Assembly (NCBI GenBank): GCA_964522165.1
Contig: CAZFVV010000007.1
Span: forward strand, 8,130 to 72,129
From: an uncultured Calditrichaceae bacterium
GTDB taxonomy: Bacteria; Calditrichota; Calditrichia; RBG-13-44-9; J075
Direction: 5' to 3'
Length of the DNA: 64,000 nt
Under the pieces are notes generated by a model. That model saw nothing but the letters and a program-made list of their open reading frames with translations, was not told the origin of the DNA and did not search any database. Both the position numbers and the translations under genes were made by a program. The stretch's first letter is position 1. Each line of letters opens with the position of its first letter. Of the stretch, positions 26,327 to 34,911 are shown one piece after another.

Positions 26327-28156
26327 ATGCAACATTCGCTTCTCCATTCCTTGAAAACACTGGTGGGATTGCTCTTCATATTGAGCGTGTTAGCGGGGGA
26401 ATTGGCGGCGCAATCCCGGGGGTTTACGGGATTCTGGAATTCTACCTTCGGGCACATCCGCATACAGACAGAGCGGGGAAAAATCGCCGGGTCCTATGAC
26501 GACGGAAAGGTAGAGGGCCTGATCAACGGAGCGGCGACTTCGGACCGGGAAATTCTGGCCGGAAATTGGGTTGAGGCGGGGGTGCAGGGGAGTTTCGTCT
26601 TCAAAATGCTGCCGGGGAATAACTCTTTTTCCGGGCGCTGGTGGAAAGAGAATTCACCCGCAAGCGGGGAATGGGTGGCGGTGCGGATGGACCCGGAGGC
26701 GGCCAGCCGTTCGGTGAGCGCCGGCGATTATAGCGGAAAATGGGATACCAATTTCGGAAAATTGATCCTGGCCGTCGAAGGAACCAAAGTAACCGGCACT
26801 TTTAGAGGGAAGGTCAGCGAGGGCGTTCTGACCGGGGAGGTCGATGAAAAAAACAATCGCCTGAGCGCCAGCTGGCAGGATCAGCAGTACCGCGGCACCG
26901 TCGTGTTAACCATGCTGAAGGGCAACAACGGTTTTCGCGGGGAATGGTGGTTCCGGGATAAAACCTACGGCGGCGACTGGTACGGGGCGCGCTCGCTGGA
27001 AGTGGGCGGCTGCATCTCCGGGGATTGCGAAGACGGGCAGGGAATTTACCTCTGGGCCGACGGAAACCGTTACGAAGGGGAGTGGAAGAAAGGGAATTAC
27101 CACGGCACCGGAACCGCATATCATTCCAATAACCGGGTTCAAAACCAGGGATTGTGGGCCAGCGGCGTCTTCCGGGGCGTTCCCCTTTCCGGCGATTGTA
27201 AAAACGGTTCCGGCAAGTTGAAGCTTCCCGGCGGCGAGATTTACGAAGGCGAATTCAAGAATTGCGAAATCAACGGAAAAGGGGTGATGGTCTATCTGAA
27301 CGGGGATCGCTACGAAGGAGAATTCTTCGCCGGCCTGCCTTCCGGCGATGGCGCTTATTTTTGGACGCAAAACGGGGAACAATACCGGGGAACCTTTCGC
27401 AACGGGGTAATTCACGGCAAAGGCGTTTACACCTACCAGGATGGCAGCCGCTACGAGGGCCGCTTTTTGAACGGCAAACGGCAGGGAACGGGATTCTTTT
27501 TCTGGCCCAACGGCGACCACTACGAGGGGCAATGGAACAATGACCAGGCGAGCGGAGAGGGGCTTTATTTCTATAAGAACGGCGAGCGCTATAACGGGGA
27601 AATCACCGCCGGCCTTAAATCCGGCCGCGGGGTGTACCGTTTTGCGGATGGAAGCTCGCTGGCTGCCCGCTGGGAGAATGACCGGCCGGCCAGCCTGATT
27701 TCCACGCCTTCCGGCGGGGGGGAAAATGCTTCAGGAATAACCTTGCAGACGGCGGCGGAGCAGATTCAGGGCAACCAGAAATTTCCGGAGCCGGCCTCGA
27801 GCATTCAAACCCTGAAAACCGGGTATTTCATCTATAAAATCAGTGAAAACGAGGTTACCATTAGCGGGCCGGCGGCGGATTCTCTTAGCCCCGATAAGCA
27901 GCGGGAAGTAGCATTGTCCTACTACGTCATCTATGCCCCGGAAAACCTGCAGCAGGCAGATCTCAAAGCGTTCCTGGAAAATAAAGAAAATGTAGTATTG
28001 AGTGAGGACTACAAATTCGAGTGGGTAGGCAATCCGGAGACCCGCATACCCCAGGTTTTGGACCGCTACCGTTACGGGCTGGTGCAAACACGCGTTTATA
28101 CTGTGGGATCGTATTTCCTCTTTTCCGAGGGAGATATGGCAGCGAAAACCGATTAA
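26327..28156 (+). CDS. secreted MORN-repeat protein, paralog 2
   Basis: Start chosen at MQHSLLHSLKTLVGLLFILSVLAG. It has the same three-part architecture as 24214-26013 and is collinear along the whole length. Confidence 0.8.
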   Translation: MQHSLLHSLKTLVGLLFILSVLAGELAAQSRGFTGFWNSTFGHIRIQTERGKIAGSYDDGKVEGLINGAATSDREILAGNWVEAGVQGSFVFKMLPGNNSFSGRWWKENSPASGEWVAVRMDPEAASRSVSAGDYSGKWDTNFGKLILAVEGTKVTGTFRGKVSEGVLTGEVDEKNNRLSASWQDQQYRGTVVLTMLKGNNGFRGEWWFRDKTYGGDWYGARSLEVGGCISGDCEDGQGIYLWADGNRYEGEWKKGNYHGTGTAYHSNNRVQNQGLWASGVFRGVPLSGDCKNGSGKLKLPGGEIYEGEFKNCEINGKGVMVYLNGDRYEGEFFAGLPSGDGAYFWTQNGEQYRGTFRNGVIHGKGVYTYQDGSRYEGRFLNGKRQGTGFFFWPNGDHYEGQWNNDQASGEGLYFYKNGERYNGEITAGLKSGRGVYRFADGSSLAARWENDRPASLISTPSGGGENASGITLQTAAEQIQGNQKFPEPASSIQTLKTGYFIYKISENEVTISGPAADSLSPDKQREVALSYYVIYAPENLQQADLKAFLENKENVVLSEDYKFEWVGNPETRIPQVLDRYRYGLVQTRVYTVGSYFLFSEGDMAAKTD

Positions 28157-28158
28157 GT

Positions 28159-28320
28159 CAGTGCAAAGTGAAAAGTGAAAAGTGCAAAAGGGAAAGTGAA
28201 AGTATATGGGCGCGCACTGCATTCGTTGCCCGGCCAGGCAGTTTGCCTGCGCCAGAACTATGACAGACGAATCCGTCCAACCGAAGCAAGGTTTTAATTT
28301 TGCACTTTTCACTTTGCACT
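28159..28320. repeat. ~160-bp element with 'agtgcaaagtgaaaagtg' terminal inverted repeats
   Basis: Left arm 28159-28203 (cagtgcaaagtgaaaagtgaaaagtgcaaaagggaaagtgaaagt) and right arm 28298-28320 (ttttgcacttttcactttgcact). A solo arm of the same family lies at 38069-38112. Confidence 0.75.
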
Positions 28321-28559
28321 TACCCCTCTTCCCCGGGAAAATCCATCTCCTCGGTGCGAAAAGAACCCTCGCCGGATTTGGAGAGTTTGAGAATTTTCTT
28401 CTCCGCCGCATCTAATTTCTGGCTGCACAGTTCGATCAGCTTCATACCTTCTTCATACAAAGCCAGCGATTCTTCCAGGGCAAGCTCTCCCCCTTCCAAT
28501 TGCCGGGCAATCTCTTCCAGGCGGTTGAACGCCTCTTCAAACTTCACCGTTTTGCTCAT
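28320..28559 (-). CDS. xseB: exodeoxyribonuclease VII small subunit
   Basis: 'MSKTVKFEEAFNRLEEIARQLEGGELALEESLALYEEGMKLIELCSQKL' is the typical XseB sequence. The start overlaps the xseA stop by 4 nt. Confidence 0.9.
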   Translation of the reverse strand: MSKTVKFEEAFNRLEEIARQLEGGELALEESLALYEEGMKLIELCSQKLDAAEKKILKLSKSGEGSFRTEEMDFPGEEG

Positions 28560-29755
28560 GATGTCTCTTCCGTTCGTTGAACGTCTGCCTCGAATACTCC
28601 CCGCGCCAGGCGGATTCTCACCCGGTCCCGGGGCTGCAAACGCGCCGCTTCTTTGATTACTTCCCCATCCTTGTAGCAAATGCTGTAGCCGCGGTTGAGA
28701 ATGGCCACGGGATTCATGGCGCGCAGTTGCTGCTGCAAATGCTCCAGCCGGCTGCGGTAAAATTTAAGCCGGTGGGTCATGGCCACGGCTAAGTTGCGCT
28801 GCAATTCATCCAATCGCTGCATTTTTTGGTGCACCAGGTCCTGCGGGCGGCGGAAGGCGTAGCTGGTTTTGAAGGCTGCTAAACGCCCCCGGTAATCGCC
28901 GGTTCGCCGGGTAAGCGCGACGGTCAGCTTCTCGCGGTAATAGCTCAATTCCCCGGCGACCTCGCTGCGGGCGGGCACGGCCATCTCCGCGGCTGCGGAA
29001 GGGGTGGGAGCGCGATGGTCGGCCACAAAATCGGCAATGGAGTAGTCGATTTCGTGCCCCACCGCGGAAATCACCGGAATACGGGAAGCGTAAATCGCCC
29101 GGGCGACGATCTCCTCATTGAACGCCCATAAATCCTCCAGCGAGCCGCCCCCCCGCCCCACGATCAGGGTATCCACCCCGCCGTATTCGTTGAAATCCGC
29201 AATCGCCCGGGCAATCTCCGCCGCCGCGCCCTCTCCCTGCACCTTCACCGGGTAGAGGAGGATTTCCACGCCCGGAAAGCGCCGCGCCATTACGCTGATA
29301 ATGTCGCGGATGGCCGCGCCGGTGGGGGAAGTGATCACCCCCACCCGTTCCGGGTAGCGGGGAATTTGCTTTTTATGCCCCTCGTCGAACAACCCCTCGG
29401 CATGGAGCTTCTTTTTCAACTGCTCGAAGGCCATTTGCAAAGCCCCGAGGCCGGCCGGCTGCATCTGCTGCACCACCAACTGGTAGTACCCGCCCTTTTC
29501 ATACACCTGCACGTCGCCTTCCACGAGGATTTTCATCCCGTTTTGCGGCTGGAAGAGCAGGCTGCCGGCGCGGAACCGCCACATGGCGCAGTTGACCTGG
29601 GAGCCTTCGTCTTTGAGGGTAAAATAGAGGTGGCCGGAAGTGTGGCGCTTGAAATTGGAGATTTCCCCTTCCACCCAGAGCCGGGGAAAACTGTTCTCCA
29701 GCAAATCCTTGATTTCCCGGGTCAATTGCGAGACGGTATAAACAGGAAGACTCAT
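28556..29755 (-). CDS. xseA: exodeoxyribonuclease VII large subunit
   Basis: 399 aa with an N-terminal OB fold ('LWVEGEISNFKRHTSGHLYFTLKD') and a catalytic core ('IVGRGGGSLEDLWAFNEE'). Confidence 0.93.
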   Translation of the reverse strand: MSLPVYTVSQLTREIKDLLENSFPRLWVEGEISNFKRHTSGHLYFTLKDEGSQVNCAMWRFRAGSLLFQPQNGMKILVEGDVQVYEKGGYYQLVVQQMQPAGLGALQMAFEQLKKKLHAEGLFDEGHKKQIPRYPERVGVITSPTGAAIRDIISVMARRFPGVEILLYPVKVQGEGAAAEIARAIADFNEYGGVDTLIVGRGGGSLEDLWAFNEEIVARAIYASRIPVISAVGHEIDYSIADFVADHRAPTPSAAAEMAVPARSEVAGELSYYREKLTVALTRRTGDYRGRLAAFKTSYAFRRPQDLVHQKMQRLDELQRNLAVAMTHRLKFYRSRLEHLQQQLRAMNPVAILNRGYSICYKDGEVIKEAARLQPRDRVRIRLARGVFEADVQRTEETS

Positions 29756-29793
29756 GGCGGCTATATCGAACGGTTGCGGTAAGGTGGATGCGA

Positions 29794-29822
29794 AAAAGCG
29801 TAGAGTGGACCCCTACGCTTTT
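29794..29822 (-). terminator. rho-independent terminator after the 31-aa basic protein gene
   Basis: On the minus strand: aaaagcgtag-gggtccact-ctacgcttttt, a 10-bp stem followed by a T-run. Confidence 0.65.
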
Positions 29823-29825
29823 CGA

Positions 29826-29921
29826 CTAACGGATTTTCTTTTTGTGGCGATTCTTGCGAAGACGTTTTTTGCGCTTGTGCGTCGCCATTTTATGGCGTTT
29901 CCGTTTGCGACCACAGGGCAT
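29826..29921 (-). CDS. 31-aa highly basic protein (AURKAIP1/COX24-like small protein; possible ribosome-associated peptide)
   Basis: Absent from the ORF track because it is under 60 aa. ATG at 29921 is preceded by AAAGGAGTG. The translation is MPCGRKRKRHKMATHKRKKRLRKNRHKKKIR* and a terminator follows. The family assignment is from memory of similar annotated peptides. Confidence 0.65.
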   Translation of the reverse strand: MPCGRKRKRHKMATHKRKKRLRKNRHKKKIR

Positions 29922-29992
29922 AGAATCACTCCTTTCGTTTGAATGTTCCGTGAAACAGGTTTTTCTTTAAATCAAACAGTGGCTTTATTTTA

Positions 29993-30075
29993 GTGTTTAT
30001 GTGTTTATGTGTTCACGCGTTCTGGTGTTCAGGTGTTTATGTTCGTGTAACTTGAATACATGAACACCCGAACAC
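29993..30075. repeat. 'gtgtt(t/c)a' low-complexity palindromic element
   Basis: 'gtgtttatgtgtttatgtgttcacgcgttctggtgttcaggtgtttatgttcgtg' faces 'catgaacacccgaacac'. The same family occurs at 58049-58173. Confidence 0.6.
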
Positions 30076-30078
30076 TAT

Positions 30079-30906
30079 TTACTGCAAGTTGCCGGAACCC
30101 ATCCCGCCATCTACATTGCGGTGAAGCTCATTCAGAATCATTTGCGCGCGCTGCGCCTGGGGGGAATTGGGCGCTACTTCCCGCAGCCTTCCCCAGTATT
30201 CGATCAACTTGTTGATCTCTTTGAATTGAACCGACACCACCCCCATGTTGTAGAGGGCGTTGATATGCCGGGGATCGATTTTCAAAGCTTGCTCGAACTG
30301 TTCCTGCGCTTTCCGGTAATCTTCCATATTGAAATAGCAAACCCCCAGGTCAACCAGCACGTCCGGGTTGTTAGGCTCGCGATCCAGGGCTTTTTGATAG
30401 TAGGGAATCGCTTCGGAAAAGCGCCCGCCGTCAAAAAGAATATTGCCCATCTCCATGTTGAGCGCCGCGTTCTCCGGGTCCGCCTTCACGCGCTCCGCGG
30501 CGGCGCGAATATCTGCCTCGCTGGGCGCGGGGTGGTTATGCTCCTCCTCCACGGCAGACGCTTGCGCCTGGGGAGTTACCTGCTGGTGAGGGTCGCTCTT
30601 GCCTTCAACGGTTTTTACAAATCCGATATAGTAGTAAACCCCCACCACCAACAGCGCAATACCGGCCACGCTCAAAATAATCCGTGAATGTTGCGAATGA
30701 ACCGGTGCAGCGCCGGGGGATTTCGATGTTGCAGGCTGAGCCAACGCCGCGCCGCACTTTTTGCAAAAGTTGGCTTCGGGCGCATTTTTTTCCTGGCACT
30801 CGGGACAGGCCGCCGCTTCGGAGGACTGAACTGGCGTTCCGCAGGCAGGACAAAATAGAGCATTTTCCGGAAGCGCGGCGGCGCAGTTTTTACATTTTTT
30901 CGCCAT
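30079..30906 (-). CDS. zinc-ribbon / TM / TPR protein
   Basis: N-terminal double zinc ribbon (CKNCAAAL..CPACG; CPECQ..CKKCG), one TM helix, and C-terminal TPR units (AIPYYQKALDREPNNPDVLVDLGVCYF...). Confidence 0.75.
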   Translation of the reverse strand: MAKKCKNCAAALPENALFCPACGTPVQSSEAAACPECQEKNAPEANFCKKCGAALAQPATSKSPGAAPVHSQHSRIILSVAGIALLVVGVYYYIGFVKTVEGKSDPHQQVTPQAQASAVEEEHNHPAPSEADIRAAAERVKADPENAALNMEMGNILFDGGRFSEAIPYYQKALDREPNNPDVLVDLGVCYFNMEDYRKAQEQFEQALKIDPRHINALYNMGVVSVQFKEINKLIEYWGRLREVAPNSPQAQRAQMILNELHRNVDGGMGSGNLQ

Positions 30907-31216
30907 CGCTCTCCCGCTGCTGCTTCGCTAAACGCTTCCGGTTGACGCTCTCCCGGAAAAACTTTGCCGGTCGAAATACCGGGACAAAGCGGTGATCTAC
31001 CGGAACCACTTTCAAGGTACGGGGATTCTTAACCACCCGGGCGTCGCGCTCTTTAGCATGGAAACTGCCAAATCCGCGAATTTCCACCCGGTCGCCGTTT
31101 TGAATGGATTCCATCACGTTATACAAAAATCCGTTGATTACTACTTCGATGTCTGCTTTGGTGAGGCCGGTTGCCTCCGCCAAAAGATTGGTTAAATCCG
31201 CCTTCGTTACCGTCAT
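30890..31216 (-). CDS. HU/IHF-family DNA-binding protein
   Basis: 'MTVTKADLTNLLAEATGLTKADIEVVINGF...RVEIRGFGSFHAKERDARVVKNPRT'. ATG at 31216 has GGAGG 5 nt upstream. The basic C-terminal tail overlaps the next gene's start. Confidence 0.85.
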   Translation of the reverse strand: MTVTKADLTNLLAEATGLTKADIEVVINGFLYNVMESIQNGDRVEIRGFGSFHAKERDARVVKNPRTLKVVPVDHRFVPVFRPAKFFRESVNRKRLAKQQRESDGEKM

Positions 31217-31283
31217 CAATTCCTCCAAAAGTTGGCAAGTTTACAAAAAATAGACTTGGAAAGCAAGGCATTCTAAAACTCTG

Positions 31284-31378
31284 CCATGGCGCATAGCGCA
31301 TAGAGCATGGAGCATAGCACGTAGCGTATCAGGAATATTGCGCTCTGTACGTGCGCCATGCCCCCATGCGCCATGCGC
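31284..31378. repeat. 'gcgcat(a/g)g' palindromic element
   Basis: 'ccatggcgcatagcgcatagagcatggagcatagcacg' faces 'cgtgcgccatgcccccatgcgccatgcgc'. Confidence 0.6.
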
Positions 31379-31451
31379 TTTCCGAATTGCTTGATTTATT
31401 GACCGGCATTCGGTAATTTCCGCTTCCAATTGGTCGAACCGGAGTGTTTTG

Positions 31452-33593
31452 ATGCGATTCGCAATTCCTTTTTCCCCCTGCCTCAGTTTGCTTCTCTGCC
31501 TGACAGCATTCGCCCGTTCTCCCCGTTTTCCGGATCCCCCGGCGCTTTTCCCGGAACCGCTCAGCCCCCGCATTGCCAATTACGATATCGCGGTTTCCTT
31601 AGATGTTCCCAAACGGCTGCTCCGGGGACAGGAAGTGCTCACCTGGAAAAATACCTCCCCGGACCAGATCAGCGAGTTGTATTTGCACCTCTACCTGAAC
31701 GCCTTTCGCAACAACCAGTCCACCCTCATGCTGGAAGCGGGGCGACGCTATCGCGGGCTGCCGAAAACGAAAAAAGGATGGGGCTACAGCGAGATCAACC
31801 GCATGGTCTTGTTGCCGAAATCTTCCTACCGCAGCAGCGCCAGATTCTTCCACAACCTCACCTACCAGGCCAACCGCCTGGCGGAGGGACGGGATGTAAC
31901 CGCGCAGGCCCGCTACGTTCAGCCGGATACCCCGGAGCACCTCGATGATAAAACCGTGCTCTACCTGCCCCTGCCGGAAGCACTGCTCCCCGGCGATTCG
32001 CTGCTGCTGTTCATTGACTTTACCGCCCAGCTTCCAGAGCCGCCCTACGCCAGCACCGGGGTCCAAAAAGAATTTTCCATGGTCGGGCAATGGTTTCCCA
32101 AAGCCGGGGTTTACCTCGACGGGCAATGGAATTGCCACCAATTCCATACCAATTCGGAGTTCTTCGCCGATTTCGGAGTTTATAACGTCTGGATTACCCT
32201 GCCGGAAGACCACATCGTGGGCGCCACCGGCGGCCGGGTGGGCGAGCCGCTGCCGAACGGCGACGGAACCGTCACCCATTTTTACCACGCCGAAGACGTA
32301 CACGATTTCGCCTGGACCGCCAGCCCGGAATTCGTGGAATTCAAAGGGCGGGCGGAAGACGTGGATATCCGGGCGCTGATGCAGCCGGACCACGCCGCCC
32401 AGGGTCCCCGCCACGTGGAGGCGGCCAGAATCGCCATCGAAGCCTTCCAGAAGCGTTACGGCGATTACCCTTTCCCTAATTTAACCGTGGTCGATCCCCG
32501 CCGGGGCGCTCGCGAAACCAGCGGCATGGAATATCCCACCCTGATCACCGCCGGAACTTCTTATGGGGTTCCAGAGGGCATCCGGCTGCCGGAAGCCGTG
32601 GTTATCCACGAATTCGGCCACAACTACTGGTACCACATGGTCGCTTCCAACGAATTCGAGGAAAGCTGGCTGGATGAGGGCATTACCAGCTTCTCGGAAA
32701 TGCAAATCATGGATGATTACTACCGTCCCGCCGGCGGCATGATCGATTTTTTGGGAATCCGGTTGGATAACCGCCAGTACCAGCGCCTCGGTTATCTTTC
32801 CGCGCCGGATTTCGATCCCATGGTGCGGAAAGCCTGGGAGTACTATTCCAGCCGGAGTTACGGGGTCAATTCTTACAGCAAACCGGCGCTGATGCTGCTG
32901 ACCCTGCAGAACTACTTAGGCGAAGAAACCATGGCCCGGATTCTGCGCACTTACTTAGAGCGCTGGCGCTTCAAACATCCCCGCAGCGGGGATTTTATTG
33001 CCGTGGCCAATGAAGTAGCGGGGCAGGATTTGAGCGAATTTTTCGCGCAGGCGCTTTATACCAACGCGGTTTTGGATTATAGCGTTGACCGGGTGTTGTC
33101 CCGCGAAGTCGAGGCGCCCCAGGGGTATGATTATGACTTCTCCGTCGGGCAGGAGGAGACAGCCGCTGCCGTTCCCGAGGGGGATTCGGAGGGTGATTCC
33201 CTTGCAGACGCCGCTGCCGTTGATTCCGCAGTTTCCGAAAAACCGCCGGTATTGTATCAAAATTGGGTAAACATTCGCCGCCTGGGAGATTTTACCTTCC
33301 CGGTGGAAGTGGAAGTGCTGTTCGACAATGGCGAGGTGGTGCGGGAGACCTGGGACGGCAAAGCGTTGTGGAAAAAATTTAGCTACATCAAGCCGACGCG
33401 CATCGTTTCCGCAACGGTGGATCCGGACCATAAAGTGGCCATGGATCTCAACTTTACCAATAACAGCAAATTGTTAGAAAAACGCGCCATCGGCGCCAAC
33501 AAACTATCCCTGCGCTGGCTCTTCTGGGCGCAGTTTATCATGGATCAGCCGGAATTCCTGAATCTGTTGACTGCCCTGGGAATCCTGTTTTGA
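31452..33593 (+). CDS. secreted M1-family (gluzincin) metallopeptidase
   Basis: Signal peptide, 'VIHEFGHNYWYH' (HEXXH) and a downstream 'WLDEGITSF' glutamate motif. The ATG at 31452 has GGAG 7 nt upstream. Confidence 0.85.
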   Translation: MRFAIPFSPCLSLLLCLTAFARSPRFPDPPALFPEPLSPRIANYDIAVSLDVPKRLLRGQEVLTWKNTSPDQISELYLHLYLNAFRNNQSTLMLEAGRRYRGLPKTKKGWGYSEINRMVLLPKSSYRSSARFFHNLTYQANRLAEGRDVTAQARYVQPDTPEHLDDKTVLYLPLPEALLPGDSLLLFIDFTAQLPEPPYASTGVQKEFSMVGQWFPKAGVYLDGQWNCHQFHTNSEFFADFGVYNVWITLPEDHIVGATGGRVGEPLPNGDGTVTHFYHAEDVHDFAWTASPEFVEFKGRAEDVDIRALMQPDHAAQGPRHVEAARIAIEAFQKRYGDYPFPNLTVVDPRRGARETSGMEYPTLITAGTSYGVPEGIRLPEAVVIHEFGHNYWYHMVASNEFEESWLDEGITSFSEMQIMDDYYRPAGGMIDFLGIRLDNRQYQRLGYLSAPDFDPMVRKAWEYYSSRSYGVNSYSKPALMLLTLQNYLGEETMARILRTYLERWRFKHPRSGDFIAVANEVAGQDLSEFFAQALYTNAVLDYSVDRVLSREVEAPQGYDYDFSVGQEETAAAVPEGDSEGDSLADAAAVDSAVSEKPPVLYQNWVNIRRLGDFTFPVEVEVLFDNGEVVRETWDGKALWKKFSYIKPTRIVSATVDPDHKVAMDLNFTNNSKLLEKRAIGANKLSLRWLFWAQFIMDQPEFLNLLTALGILF

Positions 33594-33602
33594 TAATTTT
33601 TG

Positions 33603-33777
33603 CGCCAGGAAGCAGCGCTTCCCCGGTTGCGGTAAGATGCGGAGCATCGCAACCAGTTGGGGAGGGCAAAGCTCGTCACGATCCCGGCTCATCCGGGATC
33701 GTGACGCCAGGGGCGGGAAGCTCCGCGTCCTATTCCTCGCAACAATGGTCGAAGACCGCGTGATAAGACACGCTTTA
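33603..33777. repeat. mosaic palindromic element (third copy of the 22605-22759 family) containing a perfect 14-bp hairpin
   Basis: 'gccaggaagcagcgcttcccc' matches 22644-22663 'gccaggaaacagagcttcccc'. Arm 33741-33777 is 'aacaatggtcgaagaccgcgtgataagacacgcttta'. The perfect hairpin is cgtcacgatcccgg-ctcat-ccgggatcgtgacg (33674-33706). Confidence 0.75.
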
Positions 33778-33839
33778 CCCTTCGAGGAATCAAAATCCTC
33801 AACTCGAAACTCAAAACCCGAAACTAACAATCCCCTCCT

Positions 33840-34757
33840 ATGGTATTCGCCTCCCTCAAAACCGGTTTCGCGCGCGTGTGGTCTAACCGGCGCATGATTT
33901 TGATCTTTTACCTGGCCAATCTTTTCTTCGCCCTCATCCTGGCTCTCCCGTTCCGGGCTGCCCAGGGACATTTCATCGGCGACAGCCGGATGGGTGAGAA
34001 ATTAGCCGGGCCTATCGACATGGATTTCCTGCTGGAATTCCTGCACTATAACCCCGCCCTCAGGGGAACTACGCTGATGCTGGCGCTGGCCGCCTTTGCA
34101 GCCTACTCCCTGGCAAATCTCTTCCTCTCCGGCGGGGCTTACGCAGCCTTGATGAGCGATGAAAAATATTCCTCCTCGCGTTTCTGGGGCAATTCCGCGC
34201 ACTTCTTCGGGCGCTTTTTCCGCCTGTTCTTGTGGGGGTTGCCCATCCTCGGTGTGCTGTTCTGCCTGCAATGGACGGTGAGCGGGCTGCGGGGAGTGAT
34301 TTTCGGCGACGATCCTTACGAATCCGTTATCTACTGGTCGAAATGGATGGAACTGGCGCTGCGCTGGTACGCGCTCTTCCAGTTTCTGATCATTTTCGAT
34401 TACGCCCGCATCTATACCGTGAAGAACGACGCCCGGGGCATGGCGAATACGCTCATAAAAGGGCTACGCTTTACCATCAAAAACTTCCGCAGAACCTTTA
34501 CCCTGTCGTTTGCGATCACCCTGCTGAGTATCCTCGCCCTGCTGATTTATAACCCGTTGGCAAATTTGCTTTCCGCACCCAATGCCGCGGTCATCCTGCT
34601 GCTTTTCCTCTGGCAGCAGAGTTTCATGCTATTCCGGGTCTTTCTGCGGCTGGGCCTCTATGCCGGCCAGGCGCAATTATACCAGCACCTCAGCCTCCCG
34701 GTTGAAGCCGCCTCGCCGCTGCCCGAAACGGTGGAATCCGGGCTTCCGTTCCAATAA
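33840..34757 (+). CDS. polytopic membrane protein, unknown function
   Basis: 305 aa with about 6 hydrophobic helices. No motif recognised. Confidence 0.6.
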   Translation: MVFASLKTGFARVWSNRRMILIFYLANLFFALILALPFRAAQGHFIGDSRMGEKLAGPIDMDFLLEFLHYNPALRGTTLMLALAAFAAYSLANLFLSGGAYAALMSDEKYSSSRFWGNSAHFFGRFFRLFLWGLPILGVLFCLQWTVSGLRGVIFGDDPYESVIYWSKWMELALRWYALFQFLIIFDYARIYTVKNDARGMANTLIKGLRFTIKNFRRTFTLSFAITLLSILALLIYNPLANLLSAPNAAVILLLFLWQQSFMLFRVFLRLGLYAGQAQLYQHLSLPVEAASPLPETVESGLPFQ

Positions 34758-34911
34758 CCAGCAGGGTTAGCAAGTTTTCAGAGGGATGCACAACAAATTA
34801 CATCCCGGAATGGCGCGGTTAAAATCGTGTTAGCATCCATGGTGCGCTCATATTATATTGATTACTTGCCGATTACTAAACGGCGTTAGTTATAAACCGG
34901 GTGAGGTTCTC

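Noticed and set aside
33603-33625. 'CCAGGAAGCAGC' resembling the conserved SRP (4.5S) RNA domain IV.
   Set aside because: The same module occurs with substitutions at 22644-22663 inside a repeat element, and the flanks cannot form the SRP helix. It is part of the repeat family.
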